Positions 1 through 10,067 are shown, counted from the first letter of the stretch. The stretch: DNA of 54,312 nucleotides from an uncultured Catenibacillus sp. (GCA_964423195.1 CAYRDY010000003.1:1-54312), one strand, 5' to 3'. Notes: generated by a model not told the origin, from the sequence alone. Made by a program: numbers and translations.

Positions 1-89
<89 letters not shown>

Positions 90-90
<1 letters not shown>

Positions 91-797
91 TGCGCCTATC
101 CAAGAGAATGCTTGCGATCGCCGATTTTGTGACGGCTGGCTCAAGGCTCTGCGACGTGGGCACCGACCACGGCTATGTGCCGATCTATCTGGTGGAGAGC
201 GGCCGCATTCCGGGGGCGATTGCCATGGATGTCAATCCGGGGCCTCTGAGACGGGCAGGGGCGCATGTTGGCGCGCATCATCTGAGGGATCAAATCGAGC
301 TCCGCCTCTCCGACGGCCTGGAAAAATTACGCCCCGGCGAGGCGGATACGGTCATGATCACCGGCATTGGCGGCGCGCTGATGCAAAAGATTATAGAGGA
401 CGGCAGCGAGGTTCTGTCGGGCGTCGGGGAGCTGATCTTACAGCCGCAGTCAGAGATTGCGGCTTTCCGTCACTTTCTCCACGCGCATGCCTACAAAATC
501 ACAAGAGAGCAGATGCTCATCGACGACGGCAAGTATTATGTGATCATGCGCGCTGTCCACGGCGATGAGCGCTATGCCTCCGAGACAGAATATATTTACG
601 GCGGGCTGCTTCTGAGCGCGCGGGATGAGATCCTGCGGCAAAAGATTGACAAGGAGATCGCGGCCGATCAGAGGATTCTCGCGCGTCTGGCGCAGGCCGG
701 CACTGAAAATGCCCTGCGCCGGCAGCGCCTGATCCAGAAAAGGCTTGACTGGGCGCGGGAGGCGCTGAAATATTATGAAATGCAGGAAACTGATTGA
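90..797 (+). CDS. trmK: tRNA (adenine22-N1)-methyltransferase TrmK (YqfN family)
   Basis: 235-aa ORF with the CDVGTDHGYVPIYLV SAM-methyltransferase motif. Its start overlaps the sigA stop (TAATG), matching the sigA-yqfN-yqfO synteny. Confidence 0.85.
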
Positions 798-1641
798 AAA
801 ATTGGAAGAACTCTGTCCAAGGGCCCATGCGGAATCCTGGGACAATCCCGGCCTGATCGCCGGCGACTTCGAAAAAGAAATCCGCAAGGTTTATATCGCG
901 CTCGACGCCACCGGCGCTGTCATCGACGACGCCGTCCGTGAGGGCGCGGATCTGATCATCACACACCATCCGCTGATTTTTTCCGGCATCAAACAGATCC
1001 ATTCGGATGACTTTACCGGACGCCGTCTGTTGAGGATCATCGGCAGCGGCATGGGCTGCTACGCGATGCACACGAATTTTGATGTCGATGTGATGGGGCA
1101 GCTGGCAGCGGATATGCTGGGCCTGAGAGACCAGCGTATCCTCGACGTGACTTGTCGTGTCCCAGAGGGGGATCACCTGGCTGATTCCGGCGATGATAAA
1201 GGGATAAGCATCCCGAAAGAATTTGGTGCCGATGGCAGCGGGAATCAACCGACAGAGCTTGGCATCGGCCGCTTTGGACGTCTGCCGAGGCCCATGACGC
1301 TGTTGTCCTGCGCGGGACTTGTCAAGAATGTGTTTGGCATATCCGATGTGCGCGTCTACGGCGATGTCAATACGCCGGTTCAGACAGCGGCCGTCTGTCC
1401 GGGTTCCGGCAGAGATCTGATGGCGCAGGTAAAGAGAAGCGGCGCCGACGTCTATATTTCCGGTGATTTTGGCCACCACAGCGGCATCGACGCCGTTGAG
1501 GATGGTATCTGTGTGATTGACGCCGGTCATCAGGGCATCGAACATATTTTTATCGATTATGTGAAGCGTTATATCGAGACGAACTGCGCTGGGGTCGCTG
1601 TGGCCACGGAACACAGCCATGCGCCGTTTGTGACGGTATAG
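775..1641 (+). CDS. Nif3-like dinuclear metal centre protein (YqfO / GTP cyclohydrolase 1 type 2 homolog)
   Basis: 288-aa ORF with ITHHPLIF and GHH motifs. It overlaps the trmK 3' end by 23 nt. Confidence 0.85.
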   Translation: MKCRKLIEKLEELCPRAHAESWDNPGLIAGDFEKEIRKVYIALDATGAVIDDAVREGADLIITHHPLIFSGIKQIHSDDFTGRRLLRIIGSGMGCYAMHTNFDVDVMGQLAADMLGLRDQRILDVTCRVPEGDHLADSGDDKGISIPKEFGADGSGNQPTELGIGRFGRLPRPMTLLSCAGLVKNVFGISDVRVYGDVNTPVQTAAVCPGSGRDLMAQVKRSGADVYISGDFGHHSGIDAVEDGICVIDAGHQGIEHIFIDYVKRYIETNCAGVAVATEHSHAPFVTV

Positions 1642-1697
1642 GACATCCCGTAGGGGACCATAGGAAACGGAAAATATAAGTCAGGGGGGGGATATGA

Positions 1698-3356
1698 TTG
1701 AAACAGGATTTGCAGCTTACCATAGATGGTCAGAAGGTCACGGTCCCGCAAGACACATCGCTTCGGCAGCTCGCCGAACAGTTCCAACCGCAGGAAGCGG
1801 CACCGATCATTCTGGCGCGGGTCAACGGCAAGCTGAAGGAGCTTTTTAAGCGCGTCAGGAAATCCGGAGACATCGAATGGATCACGACAGCGGACGGCAT
1901 CGGGCGCAAGACATACGAGCGCACCGCCATCTTCATTCTCACAAAGGCGGTGAGCGACGTGGTCGGAGAGAATCTGAGAGAATTGATCGTCCATTTTTCT
2001 ACGGGCAACGGCTGTTTTTGTGAGATAAAGGGCGACGTGACTCTGGATGAGGCGCTGCTCAAGAAAATCAAAACGCGCATGAAGAAGATTGTCGCGAGCG
2101 ATGCCAAAATCGTCAAAAAGACGCTGCCTGTCAAGGACGCCGTCAAGATTTTCGAGAAGGCCAAGATGTATGACAAATGCCGGCTCTTCAAATATCGCCG
2201 ATCATCGACCGTCAATATTTATACGCTGGACGGCTACAGCGACTACAATTACGGCTATATGGCGCCTTCGGCCGGGTATCTAAAGCTCTTTGATCTCAAA
2301 CTTTATCATCACGGCTTTGTCCTCCTGCTCCCGCCAGCGGAGAATCCGAACCATCTGGAACCCTTTGAGCCGTCCGAGAAACTGTTTAAAGTCATGTGGG
2401 AATCCTCCGAGTGGGGCGATATGCTCGGTGTCTCCACGGTCGGCGACCTCAATGAGACGATCAGCAGCGATGGCATCAATGACCTGATTCTGGTGCAGGA
2501 GGCGCTTCAGGAGAAAAAGATCGCGGAGATCGCGGAAAAGATCGTTGAGGCTGGCAGGCGCGTTGTGCTGATCGCCGGTCCGTCCTCATCGGGCAAGACC
2601 ACGTTTTCGCACCGCCTGTCCATTCAGCTGCGGGCACACGGGGTGATGCCGCATCCGATCCCTGTGGACGACTATTTCGTCAACCGCGAGGACACGCCGC
2701 TGGACGACTATGGGCGGCCCAATTATGAGTGTCTGGATGCCCTGGATGTGGATCTGTTTAACGACCATATGAGCGCTCTGCTCTCAGGAAAAGAAGTGGA
2801 GCTGCCGGTCTTCAATTTTGTCAGCGGCAGGAGAGAGTTTAAGGGACACAGCCTGAAAATCGGCAGCGATGATATTCTGGTGATCGAGGGCATTCACGCC
2901 CTCAACGACCGGATGACATACAGTATCCCGCAAAACATGAAATTTAAAATCTATATCAGCGCCCTAACACAGCTCAATGTGGACGAGCACAACCGCATCG
3001 CCACCACGGACGGCAGGCTGATCCGGCGCATTGTCCGAGACGCTGCCAGGCGGGGCACCAGTGCGCAGGGGACGATCGCCATGTGGGATTCCGTGCGCCG
3101 GGGCGAGGAGGAAAATATTTTCCCATACCAGGAGCAGGCCGACGTGATGTTTAATTCGGCTCTGATCTACGAACTGTCTGTGCTCAAACAGTTCGCGGAG
3201 CCGCTTCTGTTTGGCGTGCCGCAGGGCTGTCCGCAGTACGACGAGGCCAAGCGCCTGCTCAAGTTCCTGGAATATTTTCTGGGTGTCAGCAGCGAAAATG
3301 TGCCGAATAATTCCATCCTGCGCGAGTTTATCGGCAACAGCTGTTTTAAGGTCTGA
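1698..3356 (+). CDS. Uridine kinase/phosphoribulokinase-family nucleoside kinase with a long N-terminal TGS-like extension
   Basis: 552-aa ORF with a TTG start. The P-loop GPSSSGKTT and a PRK/uridine-kinase-like C-terminal half follow a roughly 270-aa N-terminal domain. Confidence 0.75.
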   Translation: MKQDLQLTIDGQKVTVPQDTSLRQLAEQFQPQEAAPIILARVNGKLKELFKRVRKSGDIEWITTADGIGRKTYERTAIFILTKAVSDVVGENLRELIVHFSTGNGCFCEIKGDVTLDEALLKKIKTRMKKIVASDAKIVKKTLPVKDAVKIFEKAKMYDKCRLFKYRRSSTVNIYTLDGYSDYNYGYMAPSAGYLKLFDLKLYHHGFVLLLPPAENPNHLEPFEPSEKLFKVMWESSEWGDMLGVSTVGDLNETISSDGINDLILVQEALQEKKIAEIAEKIVEAGRRVVLIAGPSSSGKTTFSHRLSIQLRAHGVMPHPIPVDDYFVNREDTPLDDYGRPNYECLDALDVDLFNDHMSALLSGKEVELPVFNFVSGRREFKGHSLKIGSDDILVIEGIHALNDRMTYSIPQNMKFKIYISALTQLNVDEHNRIATTDGRLIRRIVRDAARRGTSAQGTIAMWDSVRRGEEENIFPYQEQADVMFNSALIYELSVLKQFAEPLLFGVPQGCPQYDEAKRLLKFLEYFLGVSSENVPNNSILREFIGNSCFKV

Positions 3357-3365
3357 TATTTAAGG

Positions 3366-3394
3366 TTGACCGCCATAAAAAAATAGACTATGAT
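3366..3394 (+). promoter_or_regulatory. Sigma-A type promoter of rnpB
   Basis: TTGACC (3366-3371), 17-nt spacer, TATGAT (3389-3394), just upstream of the P1 helix of RNase P RNA. Confidence 0.6.
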
Positions 3395-3397
3395 AGG

Positions 3398-3744
3398 AGT
3401 GCAAGTCTGCTGAATAATCGCGGCCGGCACCCATGTGCCGGGTGAGGAAAGTCCGGGCTTCACAGGGCAGGATGCCGGATAACGTCCGGTGAAGGTGACT
3501 TCCAGGAAAGTGCAACAGAAATAAACCGCCGGCCTCGGCCGGTAAGGGTGGAAAGGCGGTGTAAGAGACCACCGTTGTTCTGGTAACAGGACAAGCCATG
3601 TAAACCCCATCCGAAGCAAGACCATGTATGGAACGATACGGCGGCCCGTCGTGTTTCAGGGTAGGTCGCTTGAGCCTATTGGCGACGATAGGCCTAGATA
3701 GATGATTATTCTCGACAGAACCCGGCTTACAGGCAGACTTGTAT
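3398..3744 (+). ncRNA. rnpB: RNase P RNA (bacterial type A-like)
   Basis: Hallmark GAGGAAAGTCCGGGC at 3444-3458 and ACAGAACCCGGCTTAC at 3714-3730. P1 pairs CAAGTCTGC (3402-3410) with GCAGACTTG (3733-3741). The ends are approximate. Confidence 0.9.
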
Positions 3745-3756
3745 GTCAGGGATTCC

Positions 3757-3782
3757 GGGATGCGCGAAGCGCATCCCTTTTT
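3757..3782 (+). terminator. Rho-independent terminator after rnpB
   Basis: 9-bp stem GGGATGCGC / GCGCATCCC with a GAA loop, followed by TTTTT. Confidence 0.7.
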
Positions 3783-3940
3783 CTATGCGCGGCCCGCGCG
3801 GTGAGATTCGTTGCTTCAGGCTCGCGGCCCGCGGGCTGCGATTGCGCGCAGGGGGGCGGCAAGGGCGTATCTTCCCACTCTTTTTTTCGGGCAGAGCAGT
3901 TATGTTTTAAGTATTTTGTAAGGATTATTCATACCGGGTA

Positions 3941-3949
3941 TGGTATACT
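3941..3949 (+). promoter_or_regulatory. Candidate extended -10 promoter for the two-component/ABC cluster
   Basis: TGgTATACT lies 47 nt upstream of the response-regulator ATG. No good -35 sits at 17 nt. Confidence 0.35.
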
Positions 3950-3995
3950 TAGAGAAGGAAGTCTATTTGAATGACGGGGAGGAAAAGAGGCAATC

Positions 3996-4697
3996 ATGGA
4001 AAATTCTATAGAAATACTTGTCGTCGATGATGACGCGGAGATCGCTGATCTCGTGGAGATCTATCTCTGCAGTGCCGACTATATTGTCCACAAGGCGACC
4101 AATGCCAGGGACGGTCTGAAACTTCTGGAGAAGCACAATATTAAGCTGGCGATCATCGATGTCATGATGCCCGAAATCGACGGGATTGAGATGTGCCGAC
4201 GCGTCCGCGAGAAGAAAAATATCCCCATCATCATCCTGAGCGCAAAATCATCGGATATTGACAAGATTGTGGGTCTGAATGCCGGCGCGGACGACTATAT
4301 CACTAAGCCTTTCAACCCGCTGGAGCTGACGGCGAGGGTCAAATCCCAGCTCCGCCGCTATATGGAGCTGAATCCCAATATCGCCGGGGCCTCCGAGAAT
4401 TTGCTGCGCATCAAAAATGTCGTCATGGACATCTCGCGCCACAAGGTCACGGTCGACGGGCGCGAGGCAAATCTGACGCCAATTGAATTTAATATTCTTC
4501 GGCTCTTGGCCAGTCATCCCGGACGCGTTTTTTCCACGGATGAAATCTTTGAAAAAGTGTGGAACGAAAAGTTTTATGAGGCCAATAATACGGTGATGGT
4601 GCATATCCGGCGGCTGCGGGAAAAAATCGAATCTGATCCGAGAAATCCGCAGATCATTCTCACAGTCTGGGGGGTAGGGTATAAAGTTGAAAGTTAA
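3996..4697 (+). CDS. OmpR/PhoB-family response regulator
   Basis: 233 aa. The receiver domain has DD..D..MP and a conserved K (ITKPF), and the C-terminus is a winged-helix domain (TVWGVGYK). Confidence 0.9.
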   Translation: MENSIEILVVDDDAEIADLVEIYLCSADYIVHKATNARDGLKLLEKHNIKLAIIDVMMPEIDGIEMCRRVREKKNIPIIILSAKSSDIDKIVGLNAGADDYITKPFNPLELTARVKSQLRRYMELNPNIAGASENLLRIKNVVMDISRHKVTVDGREANLTPIEFNILRLLASHPGRVFSTDEIFEKVWNEKFYEANNTVMVHIRRLREKIESDPRNPQIILTVWGVGYKVES

Positions 4698-5781
4698 ACT
4701 TCACGCCAGTTATCGCTGCAGGATGATGCTCTACACGCTGTTCTCGCTCTTTCTGACAGCCTGTTTTGATTTTGTCTCAGTCTTTATTTTCTGGCGGATT
4801 CGCGTCGGTTATCAAAAAGAGATGAACGGCCTGTTTGACCGCGTCTCTCTGATTTTTGCCGCACTTTTGATTCTCTCATCGGTGGCTGTTTTTATCTTGA
4901 TTTTCCACCTTCTGACCAGGCGCCGCATGAATTATCTTGAGGAAATCACGTCGGTTTTAGAGCGCATCTCGGAGGGTGATCTCAGTGCGCGCGTGCCGGT
5001 GCGCTATGATGATGAATTTTCGGTGATTGCCGACTGTATCAACCGCATGGCTCTGGATCTGGAGCTTCTCAAGCAGGCCGACGATGAAAATGAGAAGCGC
5101 AAAAACAATCTCATCACCAATGTCGCGCACGACCTGCGCACGCCTCTGACATCCATCATCGGCTATCTGGACATATTAAACACCCGTGTGCTCGATGAGG
5201 AAAATCGGCGGAAGTACACCAAGATCGCCTGGGACAAGGCGCTGCGCCTGCAGGCGATGATCGAGGATCTGTTCAGCTTCACCAAATTGAGTTATGGACA
5301 GATGCCGATCAGGAGAGAGCGACTTGACCTGGTCCGGCTGCTCAGGCAGCAGATCGATGAGTTTTATCCGCAGTTTAGAGAGCAGCAGCTCACCTGTGAT
5401 TTTGAGTCTGAGATGCCGGAGGCCATGATCGACGCGGACGGCAGTCTGATCGCGCGGGCTTTCGAAAATCTGCTCAGCAACGCGGTCAAATACGGCAGGG
5501 ACGGCAAGGTTGTCCGCATGTTGGTCAAGAAAAAGGATGACAAGGTTTCCGTATCTGTCATCAATTATGGAATCGTCATACCGAGTGAATCGATCCCTTT
5601 CATTTTTGAAAAGTTTTACCGGGTCGAGGGTTCAAGGGACACTTCGTTCGGCGGCACAGGGCTGGGACTATCCATCGCCAAGGCGATCATCGAGAGACAC
5701 GGCGGCACGATCAGTGCCCAGAGTTCACTGGAGGGCACCGTCTTTGAGGTGATGCTGCCGCTGTCGCAATCAGCGCAATGA
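4687..5781 (+). CDS. Sensor histidine kinase, intramembrane-sensing type (two TM helices with a roughly 15-aa outer loop, HAMP, HisKA, HATPase)
   Basis: H-box HDLRTPLTS, N-box LLSNAVKYG and G-box GTGLGLSI. The TTG start at 4687 overlaps the regulator stop; an alternative ATG lies at 4723. Confidence 0.85.
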   Translation: MKVKLHASYRCRMMLYTLFSLFLTACFDFVSVFIFWRIRVGYQKEMNGLFDRVSLIFAALLILSSVAVFILIFHLLTRRRMNYLEEITSVLERISEGDLSARVPVRYDDEFSVIADCINRMALDLELLKQADDENEKRKNNLITNVAHDLRTPLTSIIGYLDILNTRVLDEENRRKYTKIAWDKALRLQAMIEDLFSFTKLSYGQMPIRRERLDLVRLLRQQIDEFYPQFREQQLTCDFESEMPEAMIDADGSLIARAFENLLSNAVKYGRDGKVVRMLVKKKDDKVSVSVINYGIVIPSESIPFIFEKFYRVEGSRDTSFGGTGLGLSIAKAIIERHGGTISAQSSLEGTVFEVMLPLSQSAQ

Positions 5782-8264
5782 GGATTTCTATGAGAAAAAC
5801 AATTTCTAAATTTTTCTGTTTACTTACTTTTTCATGCTTCTGTTTTCTGGCATGCCCGGCAAAAGGGTTTGCCGAGAGCAAGAGCAGTGCGAACGACCTC
5901 AGTGTCGAGGTGACTTATGGATTTGACAATTACTCGCAGACCAGCACCGGCCTGCCCGTCTTTGTCCAGATCACCAACCGAGGGTCGGCCATCGCCGGTG
6001 AAGTGCGGCTGGTCTGCAGGGATGACACGCAAAAGAGCCAGATATCCTATGCCACCGCTTTCTCCTTAGCATCTGACAGTACTGAAACAGTGGTTATCAA
6101 TACCGGTAGCCTCATTTCATATACGGAGGTGCGCATTGAGATTCTGGATGAAAACGGCAGCCTCATCTGGTCACGCTCTGAGCTTTCACTCAACAGAATC
6201 TTAGACGATACATTATTCTGGGGCTACATCGGTGACGATATTTCCAAGATTGATTATCTCAAAACGGCCGGTTATTACAATCGCGCGCAGAATATCGGGC
6301 TGTCCGGCGGCCTCTATTTTGATATCAGCAAATCGCCGGCGCTGTCGTCGATGGGAAGCCTTGACCAGCTGGATATCATCTGCCTGGACAGCGGCGCCGA
6401 TCAGAGACTGAGCGAACAGAACCTTGAGGTTCTTCGGGAATGGATCTATGACGGCGGTGCCCTGCTGACCGGCCCGGCAAGGAATTATTCAAAACTGTGG
6501 CATTTTCTTGGGATAGAGCCCAACTATATGAACGCCCAGGCGACTGAAAAAAAGACGGATTTCGGCGTATCAGCGTCCGAATTCTATACCCTGGACGAAC
6601 CTGTATCCCTTGATCCGCTCCCGGAATCACCGGACGAGGTACTCTATCAAGAGACAAGATCACGATATCAATCTCAGAGGCTGATCATGCACAGGGAGAA
6701 TGAGCAGCCGTCTCCGGTCACGCTCAATTTTTATGAGGGCAGCGCTGAACCTGATAACAACTTTAAGGTCTATGATTACAGGCAGGAAATGGATTACGGA
6801 AGGGGCTGCGTCATATCCCTTGATTTTGACTTCACGGATCCGTCTTTCGCCTCATGGGCCGGTGCGCCCTCTGCGGTGACCGAACTGTTGGGCAGACGAC
6901 TCCAATTTATCTTCGATAAATTTTACGATTTATACCCATCCATCTATGAGGCACAGAACATTCTCACAAACAGGGTCGCTTTCGGTTCATTTGGCATCGG
7001 GAAATATGTTTTTATTCTTGTGGTCTATATTTTGCTGGTCGGCCCGGTGTCCTATTTGATCCTGAAAAAGATAGACCGGCGCCATATTCTGTGGGTGTCT
7101 GTCCCTGTGCTCTCGTGCGCTTTCTTTGCTGTGATCTATCTGATTTCCTCGGATGTGCGCAAGGACGGGCCGTTTATCAATGAGGCAAAGATCCTCCAGT
7201 ATTCCGGCGGCGAGGTCCATGAGAATACAGACATCTGCGTGACCCTGCCGGCGAAAGGGCAGTATACCTTAAATATCCCGGATCTGTATCGAATGCGATA
7301 TTATCCGATGCAGCCAAGCGTGATCCAGAACCAATACTTCTCATTTATGGAAGAGCGGTATGATTATGATACGGTCTACGCGCCCGGAAATCATGATACA
7401 GCGATCAGCCTCAATAATACCTCCGCGTTTACTGAATGGTATTTTAATGCCGCCAGGACATATTATGACAATGACAACTTTGATGTTGAGATCCACTGCG
7501 ATGGCAGCAATTACTCGGTCGATGTGGCCAATCATACGGAATACGACCTCGATTACTCCGGGGTCTTCATCGGCGACCGGTTTTTTTCAACCGGCCCAAT
7601 AGCTGCCGGGGAATCCATCCACAGGGAGGGCCTGAATTATGACTTTCCGGTATCGCGCGAGGAAGATTATTACGTGAGCGACAGCCTGAATGCGTTTTTC
7701 GAGGTCGCCGGATCCGCAGATGAGGATCCAGTGTCTGTCGAGGCGAGCGCGCTGGTCAGCTACCACAACAGGCAGCTGAGGACATCCCCGGTATATTTCT
7801 GGGGCATATGCAGCCATTTTGACAGCAACGCCCTGCGCGAATCCGACTGGGAAAAATACGGCATCCTGCTCGTGGAGAAATCTGCTGAGATTGAATATGC
7901 CGATAAAAACGGGACAGTCACGGTGCCCGATATCAACGCGCTTCTGTACAGTTGTGAAAAGGGAGGTTACCGTGTTGAATATTCAAATCTGTATTACGGC
8001 GACCAGACCTGCACCTACCGCCTGCCGGAACATTTTTCGCTGACAGAAATCTCCGAGTCCGTGGCGAGTGATATCAAAATAGAGGTTTACAATTACGCCG
8101 AGGATCGCTATGATGCCATTGACGCGCTGAAAACGGATGGGGATCAGGCGCTGAATGGCTATGTCTCAGACGGTTTCATGCGACTTCGGATGTCTCTGGA
8201 TGATAACGGCGAATACATGGTGCTGCCCGTGATCTCAGTGAAGGGAGGCATCGCCAGTGATTGA
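5778..8264 (+). CDS. Large secreted/membrane-anchored protein of unknown function (signal peptide, two central TM helices, GldG/ABC-auxiliary-like segment)
   Basis: 828-aa ORF. The N-terminal signal is FLACPAKGFA/ES. The segment LDIICLDSGADQRLSEQNLEVLREWIYDGGALLTGP resembles GATase1-like ABC auxiliary components. TM helices lie around residues 405-460. The ATGA overlaps the kinase stop; an alternative ATG at 5790 has the GAGGA SD. Confidence 0.7.
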   Translation: MRISMRKTISKFFCLLTFSCFCFLACPAKGFAESKSSANDLSVEVTYGFDNYSQTSTGLPVFVQITNRGSAIAGEVRLVCRDDTQKSQISYATAFSLASDSTETVVINTGSLISYTEVRIEILDENGSLIWSRSELSLNRILDDTLFWGYIGDDISKIDYLKTAGYYNRAQNIGLSGGLYFDISKSPALSSMGSLDQLDIICLDSGADQRLSEQNLEVLREWIYDGGALLTGPARNYSKLWHFLGIEPNYMNAQATEKKTDFGVSASEFYTLDEPVSLDPLPESPDEVLYQETRSRYQSQRLIMHRENEQPSPVTLNFYEGSAEPDNNFKVYDYRQEMDYGRGCVISLDFDFTDPSFASWAGAPSAVTELLGRRLQFIFDKFYDLYPSIYEAQNILTNRVAFGSFGIGKYVFILVVYILLVGPVSYLILKKIDRRHILWVSVPVLSCAFFAVIYLISSDVRKDGPFINEAKILQYSGGEVHENTDICVTLPAKGQYTLNIPDLYRMRYYPMQPSVIQNQYFSFMEERYDYDTVYAPGNHDTAISLNNTSAFTEWYFNAARTYYDNDNFDVEIHCDGSNYSVDVANHTEYDLDYSGVFIGDRFFSTGPIAAGESIHREGLNYDFPVSREEDYYVSDSLNAFFEVAGSADEDPVSVEASALVSYHNRQLRTSPVYFWGICSHFDSNALRESDWEKYGILLVEKSAEIEYADKNGTVTVPDINALLYSCEKGGYRVEYSNLYYGDQTCTYRLPEHFSLTEISESVASDIKIEVYNYAEDRYDAIDALKTDGDQALNGYVSDGFMRLRMSLDDNGEYMVLPVISVKGGIASD

Positions 8265-9183
8265 AATGATCCATTTGGATAAATATTACAATGATTTCCA
8301 GGCTTTGGACGACTTCAACCTCTATGTCGGCGAGGAGGAGCTGCTGGGTTTTGTCGGAATCAACGGCGCCGGCAAGACGACCACCATGAAAATCATGTCT
8401 GGGCTGATCCGGCCGACATCAGGCGCCGTCCTCTTTGAGGGAAAGGATATTTATTCTGATCTCAGGAAATATCAGAGGCAGATTGGCTATATGCCCGATT
8501 TTTTCGGCGTCTATGACAATCTCAAGGTCTCCGAATATATGGCCTTTTTTGCCTCGATCTACCGGATCAGCGCGAGCCGGCTTGCCTCGATCTGCGAGCG
8601 TTTGCTGCGTCTGGTGCATTTGGAGGATTACAAAAATCAGTATGTCGATACCCTGTCGCGCGGAGAAAAACAAAAGCTCTGTCTGGCCCGCTGCCTGATC
8701 CATGACCCGAAACTTCTGATTCTCGATGAACCGGCCTCCGGCCTTGACCCGAAGGCTCGTGTTGAGATCAGGCAAATCCTGCAGACACTCAATAAGCAGG
8801 GCAAGACGATCATCATCAGTTCGCACATCCTCTCGGAACTTTCGGAAATGTGCACGCACCTGGGTATCATCAGGAACGGGCATATGGTGATCAAGGACAG
8901 TGTCGGCCATATCCTTGGCATGGACAACGGCGCACGCCGGCTGATCATCACCGTGGCCAGGGCGCCAAAGCTGGCAGTTGACCTGGTCAGGGCCAATGCC
9001 AATGTCGAAAATCTGTCCTACACCGGCAATGAACTGCGGATCAGTTTTCTGGGAACCGATGAGGAAGCCTCGCAGCTCCTGGGACATCTCCTGGCCGAGG
9101 GCATGATCGTCACTGAATTCAGATTTGAGAAAGGAACGCTGGAATCTCTGTTTTTGGAACTGGCGGACGGGGAACGTCAATGA
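8257..9183 (+). CDS. ABC transporter ATP-binding protein (ABC-2/DrrA-like)
   Basis: Walker A GINGAGKTT, signature LSRGEKQKL, Walker B LLILDEP. The GTG start overlaps the upstream stop. Confidence 0.9.
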   Translation: MIEMIHLDKYYNDFQALDDFNLYVGEEELLGFVGINGAGKTTTMKIMSGLIRPTSGAVLFEGKDIYSDLRKYQRQIGYMPDFFGVYDNLKVSEYMAFFASIYRISASRLASICERLLRLVHLEDYKNQYVDTLSRGEKQKLCLARCLIHDPKLLILDEPASGLDPKARVEIRQILQTLNKQGKTIIISSHILSELSEMCTHLGIIRNGHMVIKDSVGHILGMDNGARRLIITVARAPKLAVDLVRANANVENLSYTGNELRISFLGTDEEASQLLGHLLAEGMIVTEFRFEKGTLESLFLELADGERQ

Positions 9184-10067
9184 AAATGAATCCGATGTTA
9201 AACAAGGAAATGAAACTCTCCGTGAGGACACCGCGCCTGACGGTGCTGATCGTGGTATATAATTCGCTGTTGCTGCTCTTCGGCGCTGCGGCTGTCTGGT
9301 CTATCCGCTATCTGGGAAAGATAAGAAACAGCATCAACTTCCGCCTCAATATTTATCTGTATATCATGATGATAGCCATCGCATTCGTGTTGTTGATGCT
9401 GATCATTCCGACAATCACAGCGGGGCTCATCTCAGGGGAGCGGGAGAAACAGACGCTGGATATTCTTCTGACCTCAGGCCTCAGGCCGTGCCAGATCATT
9501 TCAGGAAAGCTCTTCGGCGCTGTTGGCAACATTCTGCTGCTGTTGTTTTCAGGATTGCCTGTCCTTGGCCTGACCTTTATTTACGGCGGCGTCGGTTTCT
9601 CTGACTTTCTGGTGTCGCTTCTATGCCTGATATTTTCCGCCTTTTATATCGGCAGCATCGGCATTTTCTGTTCATCCCTGTTCAAGAGGACGACTTTTGC
9701 CTCGCTATTGTCCTACGCCATTGAGATCTGCCTGGTCGTCGGGCCGTTTCTGGCTGTATCCGTTATTCAGGCGGTGTGCCAGATTCACAGCGGGTACACA
9801 TCTTCCGATGTGGGCGGATTTTGCATTTTGCTTTTTTTAAGCCCTGGGTTCACCCTTGCGTATATCCTTCTCGGCCGTGTCGCTTCACTGGCCAACGTGG
9901 ACCTGTGGCTGATCCGTCTGGGCATGCCACAGTTTCTTTCGGACCATTTTGTCATCATCAGTCTTGCCGTGCAATGCCTGGTCATCTGTCTGTTCACGGG
10001 ACTTGCGGTCTATAAGCTGAAGGACCGGGAACACCGTCGGAGGAAGAGAGGAATGGTGAAGAGATGA
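9180..10067 (+). CDS. ABC-2 type transporter permease
   Basis: 295-aa polytopic hydrophobic ORF (about 6 TM helices). ATGA overlaps the ATPase gene. Confidence 0.75.
   Translation: MKMNPMLNKEMKLSVRTPRLTVLIVVYNSLLLLFGAAAVWSIRYLGKIRNSINFRLNIYLYIMMIAIAFVLLMLIIPTITAGLISGEREKQTLDILLTSGLRPCQIISGKLFGAVGNILLLLFSGLPVLGLTFIYGGVGFSDFLVSLLCLIFSAFYIGSIGIFCSSLFKRTTFASLLSYAIEICLVVGPFLAVSVIQAVCQIHSGYTSSDVGGFCILLFLSPGFTLAYILLGRVASLANVDLWLIRLGMPQFLSDHFVIISLAVQCLVICLFTGLAVYKLKDREHRRRKRGMVKR

Noticed and set aside
544-1620. Long antisense ORFs opposite real genes: 544-1620(-), 8419-9231(-), 10992-11825(-), 19363-19959(-), 20555-21271(-), 30347-31081(-), 45210-46085(+) and 53199-53996(+).
   Set aside because: Their products are Arg/Leu/Pro/Gly-rich and of low complexity. 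They lack SD sequences and lie exactly opposite ORFs with unmistakable conserved motifs. These are typical shadow ORFs of GC-rich coding DNA.
3167-3974. ORFs 3167-3625(-), 3360-3599(-) and 3702-3974(+) in the udk-like to response-regulator gap.
   Set aside because: The region is occupied by RNase P RNA (hallmark motifs and P1 pairing) and its terminator. The ORFs have no SD and implausible composition.
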